From Promethearchaeota archaeon (GTDB taxonomy: Archaea > Asgardarchaeota > Lokiarchaeia > Sigyniarchaeales > SOKP01): DNA of 64,000 nt. The notes beneath the pieces are model-generated. The model searched no databases. It was not told the DNA's origin and saw only the letters and a program-made list of their open reading frames with translations. Both the position numbers and the translations under genes were made by a program. Positions within the stretch are counted from its first letter, which is position 1; each line of letters begins with the position of its first letter. Below are positions 32,337-41,258 of this stretch, piece by piece. Location of the stretch: the NCBI GenBank assembly GCA_016839555.1, contig JAEOUA010000011.1:247905-311904 (forward strand). The letters are read 5' to 3'.

Positions 32337-33641
32337 ATGATTGTTCAAGATTGTTTGTATAATAATAATAGTAATAATTTAGATGTATGTGACCTTAGCT
32401 GTGAGTTATGTCATTCCTCTGAAATTAGAGAAACCCAACAAGGGTATGTGTGTGCCGAGTGCGGGTGCGTTTTAGATCTTCCCATTTTAAAATATCACGT
32501 GCCCTATACCCAAAAAAAGATCCATTATGAAGTATCTGTGGGAAATACCTTTCTTGGATTACAAAAAGAACGAAGATCCAATCGACACTCTCCCAAACTG
32601 AAGCGATTACACAAACTTCAGTGTTCCCAATCATATCAAGATATGGTATATCATGATACAGAGATCGAAATTTGCCGGATTCTGGCAGGATTAGATCTCC
32701 CCCACACCTTTAAAGATCCTATCTTCAAAACCTTTAAAGAACTTTGGGGTAATTATTCACAGAGAAGTCGGTTTCAAAGTATTGAGAAATTAATACCTGT
32801 TCTTATCTATTATTTCTGCAAAAAGCAATACATATCCATAAATGAACATGAACTATTGGAAATCGCTAAGGTGAATAGAAAACAATATATTTATTATAAA
32901 TTGAAATTTCTTGCCCCTCCCTCTGCATATAAGAATGCTAATCGAAAAAAGCTTATAAAATCAAAATTGTTTAGGCTGGCAGTTGAGTTAGGTTTGGGAA
33001 TGGATTTCTACCACGATGCAGTAAAGTTGTTAAATAAACTATATAAAGAGATTTGTTGCACGAAAGAGAGTGTGATCGCGGGACTTATCTCATCGATTGT
33101 AGTATTATGTCGTTATAGAGAGGAAATAACTGTCAATTCCATCTGTAATTACTTCAATATAGCAATGAGTACCATTCAATCGCGGGTTAAACGGCATTTT
33201 ATAGAAAAATTTAAGGTCGTCGGATTCGAAAGCCTGGTAAAATCGGCTCATATCATCAAAACGACTATTTATAAGTTAGGGATCTTCGAAGAACCGTCCG
33301 GAGAACAAATCAATGAGCCATTCAAAGAGCTTTATGTTACCATAGAAACGAATGCTACTGAAGAATCAGAAGAAGGAGACTTCTTTTCCGAAACTCTTGA
33401 TACCCCTAAAATAATTCAAGTGAAAGCAATCTATAGAAACTTACGCAAGAGATTTCCCAGACTCCAGAGATCCTATAATTGCTTCCTCTTTATTCTTCAA
33501 AATCGATTTGATTTACACCCCATCTTCATCTCTCTATTATTGCCAACCAATTCGATTATGCATATTCTCAAGCAAAATGGAAATAAAGCCATACTGAAAA
33601 GAATGACCAAATATTTATACCCTTCAAAAGGACCTCCATAA
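32337..33641 (+). CDS. divergent TFIIB/TFB-like protein
   Basis: N-terminal Zn ribbon CELC...YVCAECGCVL, RLHKLQ linker, two cyclin-like repeats (EICRILAGLDLP..., ITVNSICNYFNIAMSTIQSRVK). Confidence 0.75.
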   Translation: MIVQDCLYNNNSNNLDVCDLSCELCHSSEIRETQQGYVCAECGCVLDLPILKYHVPYTQKKIHYEVSVGNTFLGLQKERRSNRHSPKLKRLHKLQCSQSYQDMVYHDTEIEICRILAGLDLPHTFKDPIFKTFKELWGNYSQRSRFQSIEKLIPVLIYYFCKKQYISINEHELLEIAKVNRKQYIYYKLKFLAPPSAYKNANRKKLIKSKLFRLAVELGLGMDFYHDAVKLLNKLYKEICCTKESVIAGLISSIVVLCRYREEITVNSICNYFNIAMSTIQSRVKRHFIEKFKVVGFESLVKSAHIIKTTIYKLGIFEEPSGEQINEPFKELYVTIETNATEESEEGDFFSETLDTPKIIQVKAIYRNLRKRFPRLQRSYNCFLFILQNRFDLHPIFISLLLPTNSIMHILKQNGNKAILKRMTKYLYPSKGPP

Positions 33642-33660
33642 TACACTCATTTATCACAGT

Positions 33661-33685
33661 AATATTCCTTCATTGAAGGAGTATT
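33661..33685 (+). terminator. hairpin downstream of the TFB-like gene
   Basis: 11-bp stem AATATTCCTTC/GAAGGAGTATT (one G-T pair), 20 nt after the stop. Confidence 0.35.
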
Positions 33686-34170
33686 CATCAAGATAAGAAT
33701 TTCACCGAGATTTCTGGATTTTTGTCTAATAATCTTTTGTTTGATTGACGCAAAGAAAAGATTCGCTCTCATTCCTTTTTTGATCATCTCGGATGATCCT
33801 TCTTATCTTTATCTTTTTCTCTTTTTCTTTTAAAAAATGATTTTATGTATCACTTATTTCTCTAATATAAGTCATTAAAGTGAAAAATTTTCCTGTTGGA
33901 TTAGGATTTCTACTTATATTGTATTTTATTTCTTTTATCAGTGGTACAAATTTAAGTCTATAATTGTCAAGGGTTGGATTAAATTTACATTTCTTGTATT
34001 AAAAATTAAATGTCTTTTAATAAAATCGGTATAAACATTTATAAGTCAATTTAATTATACTATTAATAATAGCAGTCGATTTATTTCTATTTATTTAAAT
34101 TTTCTTAGAATTTGAGGGTTGAAAGATACATCGAAATGCAGGAGCTATACAAAGAAAATATAATTAAAAA

Positions 34171-34940
34171 ATGAAGATACCAAAACAGCTAAAAAAAAAT
34201 AGAAATTTTAAATTTAACCAGAAAAATACTAAAACATATTTGAGATTGCTTAAAAGTGAGTTCAAAACTCATTTTAAAGAACTTATGGTTAGATTTAATG
34301 ATAAAAGAAATATTAGGTTTATTTCGAAAAATGGCAAAAGTATTTTCCCATTTGATGAAAATCAAGCTTATAATGAGTATGATTTCAGAGTATTTTGGCA
34401 TAAGAATCAGATTGAAATAGTATATAATGATGAAATAATCGAAAAAAATCTTCTTAGAAAGTATAAACTCACCTTTTTGAAAAATCTATTTAGTCAAATA
34501 GCACATCACGAATATGCTCATACAAGACAATTCGAATCAATGTTCTATAAATATTCTCAATCTATTTATAATGAGATTTTCAATAAAGATTTAGAGATTA
34601 TTTCATCTGATGATATAAAGAGATGTGATATAAAATATAGATCTATTACACAAAAAATACAAAAATCTCTTAAAAATATTCATATACTATATATTGACCA
34701 TACTTTTATTGAGTTTTGGGCGAATTCAATTATATATGATGAAATAGACTCTAATCGTCCCGCAGAAAGGCTGATAGAAAGAAGAGACTTAATGGTTGAT
34801 AAAGAATGTTTATACCCTGATCATATTTTAAATCCTGAAATAAGATATGGAAAGAGAATTTTAGACCTTTTGGAATTATCCCAAGAACATTTTATCTTTA
34901 AAGACTGGGAACCATTAGAAAATCTTTTCAAAAGATTGAA
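34171..34940 (+). pseudogene. 3'-truncated zinc metallopeptidase (HExxH)
   Basis: HHEYAH at about 34504-34521 and downstream EFWAN; after ~34940 the 343-aa ORF reads out of frame into GC-richer DNA. Confidence 0.65.
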
Positions 34941-35012
34941 TCGATTCGTACGTTTCAACTCATCCCCTCGGATGCGCCCCCTCTTAAGTCTAACATTACT
35001 TCTATTACTATT

Positions 35013-38000
35013 ATGTCATTCCAATTATTCGGCGAGTTCTCTTTCGATTCTTCAATCACATTATATCCCAACGAGTTCACTTACGACTCTTCGACGGGGA
35101 AAGTATCCATCAAACCCGCTGCTTTCGAACAGATTAGGGCGAGAACCAGCAATATGGAGTGGTCGAGCAATTCTCACTCTGAAGCGAATCTTCTCTATAT
35201 AATATCCCTTGAATCCGTGCGCTCCATTTATAGTACCGAGGACGATCTCTCGTTGTCGCAGGCAAAGCAAATAATGCTCATGCAAGGCATTCAGATGGGC
35301 ATCGTCGATTATATGAACGAGTATGTCCAAGGATTTGCGAAGGCTCAGCTGGATTATCAGACCGGGTATAATTTAATCATAGCATCGGTTAAAATTGTGG
35401 CGACCATTATCGCGATAATTGCGACTAAAGGTGCCCTGGGCGGAATTGAAGCGCTTAAGCAAAGTTCAGCAGCTAGCGCTTCGGATGCGTCAGGAAGTGC
35501 TTCGGGTTCGGCTGCTGGTGGTTCGAGTTCGGCAGCTGCCGGCACAGGTGAAGCATATATTGGTCTTGATGGTATCCTCTATAATGAATTCGGGGTAGCT
35601 GTCGATGTTGCCGGCGGAATTGCCGTAGACTACGCTACCGAAACCGCCAAAGAAGTCATCAACACCTATTTGGAACAAAGCTTGGTGCAAATGTCAAATA
35701 GACTCGTACAATCCCTTTCTATTCAACAAATTTTGAAAATTGTGGTTCCATCTGTCGGTCAGTTGTCCGTTCAAGGGCTTTCAGAAGTTTCCCTTACGCA
35801 AGTAATTACACAATCCATTGAGCTATCCATCGGACTCGACGGCAGCATCGTCGGACTCATCGGCGGCTATTTACTGACCGATATATTCGGCGAGATAAGC
35901 AACCCGCAGCTCTATGTTCTCTCCCAGGAACTCGCCTCCATGCAAGAACAGCTCGCCTCTCCTACTAAATCGGCTCGGCTTACCCCGCAATTGGCACAAG
36001 TCTTCTTTGAGCTTCGCCCCTATGGATTTGCGGGCGCCTCGGCACAAGAATTGCAGAAATTAACTCCAAGTGCGGTTGAAGTGGTTAATCAGGATGAAAA
36101 AGAGCGTCAGATGGCAGAAAATGCTCAAGACTATGCCGAGTTCATAGCGTGGTTGGAGATGGTGTTTGGCCTTATCAATATGACTATATGGGAATGGTAT
36201 GAATTTTTAAATCGACCCTGGGATTATTCCATTTTCGATGAGATACGGGAGTTTAGACTGTGGGTAGAGGGGGGAATTTCCGATAATTATATTACGAACG
36301 AAGAGATTAAGAATAATCGCATTTATCAGAAATATCTGGAACTTTACCGTAGGAATAAGGAAGAATTTGCCCGAAGATTGGCTCGATACGATGAATGGAC
36401 AAAAGAGGCGGAAGTTTACTCCTTACGGAAGGCAATGAAAAATTATACAAAGCAAACCAGCAGATCCCCTTGTTTTCAATCAACAAATAAATTTAAAGGT
36501 AAATTTATTACATGGTTTCAAGAACATTATAACATACCATTCCCCCTTCACGATGAAGAGATACGGGAAAAGTTTTACAACATATATCCCGCCTTCACTC
36601 GAATTCTTTTAGAGCATTTCGAAATCTATGACTCTTTTGAGAATGTTATGGACGACCCCCTTGATGTAGTGGAATGGGTAGAAAAATTAACGGGCAGGTT
36701 TAAGAAATACAACAATTCTGACTTAAAGCCCGCCCTATATAATGAACCTCGTGGTGGTCGTGATCTCTATAATATTGAAGGGGCGCCCTCTAGTACATCT
36801 TTTTATCCTTATGTTAAGATCTTCATTCGGGAAGCGTTCCGATTTGCGTATGAAAATGGAATGCGAAGGAGATTAACCCCACAAGAAGTGTCTCTTATCC
36901 GTTCCTTGGCTCTGGATAAAACAATAACTACCTATCAAAAGATCGTCCGTGCCGTTCAAAAGGCCTCCAAGCCCGACGAGGGAAAGACCCTTGAATTAGT
37001 CACAACACCCCGAGATTTCTTAAATTTCATGCTTCAAGCGGCAAATAATCCTGATTTACACCCTTCGCATGTTCGTGTGATAATTCGTTGGGTCGAGGGA
37101 GCGCAAGAGTATTCTCCACAAATTCGTAGAATTTATTTAAATCCTCACCGTAAATTGGACGGGTGGTATAAATCTACGGCTTTAACAGCAAAAAATATTA
37201 GAGAGATGGTAGAGCAATATGGATTTGAAATAGTATACATGACCGACGAGCAGATAAACAATGAGTTGAATAGAGTACGGAACGATCCGAAGAGGGGTGT
37301 TAATAACATTAGGTTAACCGTTCGATGTACAAGATGCCACACGGTTCAAACCAAATCGCTTTATAGTATACAGACATCTGCGCATTGTAGCTATTGTATG
37401 CCAAAGATTTATACCAATGAAGCGTATGCCCTCAAAGTATTAACCGAAATACTCTCGAAGCAGTCCAGCTCTTTCGACAGCTTTCTCAGGACCGACCTTA
37501 AAGGAAACAAACTCCCCAAACTCCAAGCAACCCCTCTCTGGAGAAATCAGCATGTATATATCAAGGATCTGATCCACCCCCTTAAGAAAGGCGCGTGGAT
37601 TCTCAATAAACATGGACAATGGGAATGGAATAAAAACTATTACCAATATGAAACGGATACGGATTACATAAAATTCTTCTGGAGCGTACATGTAGATGGT
37701 GCAATATTTGTAAAGGTAAAACTAAAGAACTCCGACCAATTTGTCAAACAAGCAGACGGCACCGACATGGTATTCAAATTTCTATTAGAACGCCAGGGAG
37801 AGCAGCATCAAACCTCATGGAAGGGATTTATAGCGTGGCTCCGATTACATGGGGAAAACACCATCGCGGATATCGTAGAGCCCATTGGCAACATTGAAGA
37901 TACACTTATCGTTCGGAGGTTAACACCTAAACAAAAGGACATACTTGATAAAGAGCATGAAAAATGGCTCAAGCAACTGCAACGAGATCGGGATAAAGTT

Positions 38001-38285
38001 AAGCTGTTTGAGTATCACCAGAAAGACGGGTTCTATCTGCTGGTGATGGACCATACCGTGAAGCCCGACCAAATGCTTCAGTTCCTCTGCGCTCAGATTA
38101 CCGAGATCGTTAATTTACATTTGATTGAGACCATAGAGAATATTCGGGGCGAAGATCTTGTATCTTTTGAGGAGATACGACAGATCCTAGAGGATACCCT
38201 GATGCCTTACGGCAAATATATTCCTTGGTTAAAGCAGAGAAGAGTATGGGGAGATATAACGGATTATCTTAATAAAACGGGATAA
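35013..38285 (+). CDS. 5'-truncated large protein: TM/Gly-Ser region, conserved central block, Zn ribbon, Vsr/DUF559-like endonuclease
   Basis: Frame open from 34902; TM helix LIIASVKIVATIIAIIAT; CTRC...CSYC; HVDG...LERQGEQH...RDRDK...GFYLLVM. Confidence 0.75.
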   Translation: MSFQLFGEFSFDSSITLYPNEFTYDSSTGKVSIKPAAFEQIRARTSNMEWSSNSHSEANLLYIISLESVRSIYSTEDDLSLSQAKQIMLMQGIQMGIVDYMNEYVQGFAKAQLDYQTGYNLIIASVKIVATIIAIIATKGALGGIEALKQSSAASASDASGSASGSAAGGSSSAAAGTGEAYIGLDGILYNEFGVAVDVAGGIAVDYATETAKEVINTYLEQSLVQMSNRLVQSLSIQQILKIVVPSVGQLSVQGLSEVSLTQVITQSIELSIGLDGSIVGLIGGYLLTDIFGEISNPQLYVLSQELASMQEQLASPTKSARLTPQLAQVFFELRPYGFAGASAQELQKLTPSAVEVVNQDEKERQMAENAQDYAEFIAWLEMVFGLINMTIWEWYEFLNRPWDYSIFDEIREFRLWVEGGISDNYITNEEIKNNRIYQKYLELYRRNKEEFARRLARYDEWTKEAEVYSLRKAMKNYTKQTSRSPCFQSTNKFKGKFITWFQEHYNIPFPLHDEEIREKFYNIYPAFTRILLEHFEIYDSFENVMDDPLDVVEWVEKLTGRFKKYNNSDLKPALYNEPRGGRDLYNIEGAPSSTSFYPYVKIFIREAFRFAYENGMRRRLTPQEVSLIRSLALDKTITTYQKIVRAVQKASKPDEGKTLELVTTPRDFLNFMLQAANNPDLHPSHVRVIIRWVEGAQEYSPQIRRIYLNPHRKLDGWYKSTALTAKNIREMVEQYGFEIVYMTDEQINNELNRVRNDPKRGVNNIRLTVRCTRCHTVQTKSLYSIQTSAHCSYCMPKIYTNEAYALKVLTEILSKQSSSFDSFLRTDLKGNKLPKLQATPLWRNQHVYIKDLIHPLKKGAWILNKHGQWEWNKNYYQYETDTDYIKFFWSVHVDGAIFVKVKLKNSDQFVKQADGTDMVFKFLLERQGEQHQTSWKGFIAWLRLHGENTIADIVEPIGNIEDTLIVRRLTPKQKDILDKEHEKWLKQLQRDRDKVKLFEYHQKDGFYLLVMDHTVKPDQMLQFLCAQITEIVNLHLIETIENIRGEDLVSFEEIRQILEDTLMPYGKYIPWLKQRRVWGDITDYLNKTG

Positions 38286-38474
38286 ACTCTGTGGATTTTT
38301 TCTCGTTTACTTTTTATATTATTTTTGCAAAGAATATAATACGATCTAAAAGAACGAAATGATAATGAAAGATAAAAGAAAAAAATAAATATGAAGGTTG
38401 TTGTTATTTATATAATTACCAGCGCACCATTACAGTTTTATCAGTTTAAACCACTAAAAAAAGATTAATATAAA

Positions 38475-39467
38475 ATGGTTGTCGTATTTTATTGGGTTCA
38501 AAGCGAAGAAGAGCGGCTTGCCTTTTACGAATATTATTGGAACCCTCAAACGTATTTTTCTCATCATAATTCCATGATTTTGTTCGAACCCATTACGCTA
38601 GATGATGGTAAGATTTTTGGGGAGAAAGACATACCCTCCGTGGTGCTGGAGTTTTCCGCGGGGTGGGATACAATTAAAGATATGATCAAAAAAAACATCG
38701 TGGTCGAAGAGCGTGTACTTTTATTCGATGACTTGAAGGATGAGGAGAGATATAATGAATTTATGATAAATTTAACGCAAAACCACAATGCATATAAAGG
38801 GTTTGATGCTGGTTCTTACGATATGATAAGATATCTCCATCGTCTTAACTATCGTTATATCGACGGCTCGATTCCTTCCCATGATTTAATAGAGTTGGAA
38901 AACTGGCTTATCTATTTACCCTCGAAGACGCTTCACGACGCAATCTTGGACGCCCTTTTTGAGGAGAACAAGCTTCAAAACTCATTTAGTTACCTATTCA
39001 TAAGGGATATATTGGAAACGAAAGATGGTTGCACTTTCGGTAAGGAAAACAAGCATACCTTGTTTATACACATCTTTTCCACCTTTCATAAGAACGCGGT
39101 TTACGAATTAATCGAAAAGGGCATCATAGAGAAACGACTGGCAATTCAACAGCGACACATCAAGGATTCTATGTTTCAAGATGCGCGAGATCGCGATTTA
39201 CGTAATATGACGCTTTTTTTGGTACTTCTAGACAAGGTAAGATTTAAGTATTATTTTTCCAAAAAACCTTATCGATTTGAAGACGGCTCCCGCCTAACAC
39301 TGGACAACTCCAACTTGTTTCAGAGAAAATTGGATTGGTGGGCGTCAAGGATGATAAAAGAAGAAGACTACTATTGTCCCGCGTGCAAGACAAAAGTTGA
39401 GCAGCGAACTATAAACTTTCGTGAGAAGGGGGAATTCTGTAATCTCTGTTGGGCTAAATTAACTTAA
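38475..39467 (+). CDS. hypothetical protein with C-terminal Zn ribbon; candidate immunity protein
   Basis: Directly downstream of and co-oriented with the nuclease ORF; similar raised GC; CPAC...CNLC. Confidence 0.65.
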   Translation: MVVVFYWVQSEEERLAFYEYYWNPQTYFSHHNSMILFEPITLDDGKIFGEKDIPSVVLEFSAGWDTIKDMIKKNIVVEERVLLFDDLKDEERYNEFMINLTQNHNAYKGFDAGSYDMIRYLHRLNYRYIDGSIPSHDLIELENWLIYLPSKTLHDAILDALFEENKLQNSFSYLFIRDILETKDGCTFGKENKHTLFIHIFSTFHKNAVYELIEKGIIEKRLAIQQRHIKDSMFQDARDRDLRNMTLFLVLLDKVRFKYYFSKKPYRFEDGSRLTLDNSNLFQRKLDWWASRMIKEEDYYCPACKTKVEQRTINFREKGEFCNLCWAKLT

Positions 39468-39718
39468 AACTCATTTAAAAATGATTTTTTTTATTACTCA
39501 TACCTATTAGCTTGAAACTCTCAATTCTAAATTTTAATATTTTATCTTATATAAATTTACTTTCAGATCATCTAAATGATATTACTATTCTTTTTGATCC
39601 CAAAGGTTAAAATTTCAAAAAATACCGAAGAAATATTTAACAAAGGAGACAGAATTAACTCCACAACAAATAAATGAAATAGCAATAGAATTGCTACTGA
39701 AATGGGGAAAAAAAAAAA

Positions 39719-39738
39719 TAAAGATACTTCTTGAATAG
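39719..39738 (+). repeat. attR-like repeat TAAAGATACTTCTTGAATAG (displaced 3' end of vps25)
   Basis: Encodes KILLE-stop, same as the vps25 end; 97 bp from the vps22/36 stop. Confidence 0.85.
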
Positions 39739-39835
39739 ATATATCTTATTTTGTTTCCATTGTTTTTCTAGAATTTTTCTGAAAAACTAAATTTTTATTG
39801 ATATAAAATAAAGTGGGCTATGAAATACAATGGAA

Positions 39836-40561
39836 TTATATGCTTGGGAAAAACCATTGCTTCCCTTTTAGCATTGATTCTGTATATTTAGCTAGTCCGC
39901 TATCTTCCAAGGATTTTAATGATTTAAGCGCTCTACTCTGGGTCCATTGCAATTCATTAATAATATTTTCCAAGGAAATGACGCCCTCTCCTCTTTTTTT
40001 TACTAATTCAATAATTTTTTGTTCATCTTGAGTGTATTCAATAGGGAAAAACTGAACCATTACTGCCCCAGATTTTACTTCTTCCACATTTTCTATTACA
40101 CCTTTTTTTTGGAGCTTTTCCATAGCTTTCGCGACATCATCTATAGCAATATTATCTTTTAATTTACCCGTATTTACCAAATCAAATACTTCCGATAAAG
40201 GAATGAGCCCTGCACCGATCTCTTCTTTTCTAAGGAGTACTCGTTGATAGGCAAGCATTCCTAATTTTTCATAATCTATTCTATTAAATCTTTTACTTAA
40301 TACTGATTCTTCATCAATTTGTTCTTTTATAATTTTAGAAGAAGGAATTCCGTATCTTTCTTGTAGATAAGCAACTTGATTTTTTAATTCTGGATTAAGA
40401 GCTAAAAGTACACCATGTTTTTTAGCAATTTCACTTAATCTTTCTTTCGTCAAATTTTTTACAGAAGCTTTTGCCTTCATCTCTTTCATTTTTAATTCTG
40501 CGGCTTTCTTTTCCATTGCTTCTTTTAAACTTATCTCATCGTCAATATCTCTTAATGCCAT
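39836..40561 (-). CDS. ESCRT-II Vps22/36 (EAP30-domain) protein
   Basis: YEKLG...GLIPLSEV...DDVAKAMEKL, and LQWTQSRALKSLKSLEDSGLA...WFFP winged helices. Confidence 0.85.
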   Translation of the reverse strand: MALRDIDDEISLKEAMEKKAAELKMKEMKAKASVKNLTKERLSEIAKKHGVLLALNPELKNQVAYLQERYGIPSSKIIKEQIDEESVLSKRFNRIDYEKLGMLAYQRVLLRKEEIGAGLIPLSEVFDLVNTGKLKDNIAIDDVAKAMEKLQKKGVIENVEEVKSGAVMVQFFPIEYTQDEQKIIELVKKRGEGVISLENIINELQWTQSRALKSLKSLEDSGLAKYTESMLKGKQWFFPSI

Positions 40562-40663
40562 ATTTAAACCACTTTCTATTTATATAATCTAAAAATTATT
40601 TAACTCTCTTGTTAATATAATAATAATACCTTACCTTTATTTATTTATGTTAATAGATTTAAG

Positions 40664-41251
40664 ATGGTAAATTTAAATAGATTTAGGCTTCTAAATGAAA
40701 CTGAAAAAGGGATAATTTTCAAGTCTGTGAAAAATATTTCTGCACATTTATATCAATTTTTTCATGAAAACTACCATAATCTTTATATTTTAATCTCAAA
40801 AACAAAAGAAAATTTCCAATATCCTAAGGTTTATTTTATTCCAAATGAATTAATTGTTATCATTAGAAAAATAAAAGAGCAATCCATAATCAAATCTGGT
40901 GGATTATATTTAGGATTCATTAAAAAAGGAGAACTAAAAATTAGCATAGAGGCTATTGAATATTATTTATCTAATTATCCCGAATTTTTTTCTAATCTTC
41001 AAAAAATCAATCTCACAGGTGAGGGAGAAAAATCTTTTTTATACGGAAATAACATTCAGAGAGACATGATAATAGATTTTTCTTCGTCATTTTTAGAGCA
41101 AACGTTTATAATTGTTTTAAATACTCTAAATGAATTAATAGGTATTGCCTTGGTGAAAAAAAATCTTCCTTTATTAGAAAAATTAAATCCGGACGATATA
41201 GTCGCCGTAAATTTGCAGGATAAAGGATATTATTTGAGAAAAGCGCAATAA
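40664..41251 (+). CDS. Nip7-like PUA-domain ribosome biogenesis protein
   Basis: FRLLNETE, GLYLG, GEKSFLYGNNI, DKGYYLR. Confidence 0.8.
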   Translation: MVNLNRFRLLNETEKGIIFKSVKNISAHLYQFFHENYHNLYILISKTKENFQYPKVYFIPNELIVIIRKIKEQSIIKSGGLYLGFIKKGELKISIEAIEYYLSNYPEFFSNLQKINLTGEGEKSFLYGNNIQRDMIIDFSSSFLEQTFIIVLNTLNELIGIALVKKNLPLLEKLNPDDIVAVNLQDKGYYLRKAQ

Positions 41252-41258
41252 TCAAAAA

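Larger units (their letters stand above)
26373..39738. mobile_element. 13.35-kb integrated element (probably defective) inserted in the 3' end of vps25
   Basis: Flanking 20-bp direct repeat; cargo of small virus/plasmid-like genes, AbrB-like regulators, a TFIIB-like gene and a nuclease ORF; separates vps25 from the vps22/36 gene. Confidence 0.85.

Noticed and set aside
34941-35202. Leu/Ser-rich C-terminus of the 343-aa ORF resembling a signal peptide
   Set aside because: Off-frame read-through across the junction into the nuclease gene.
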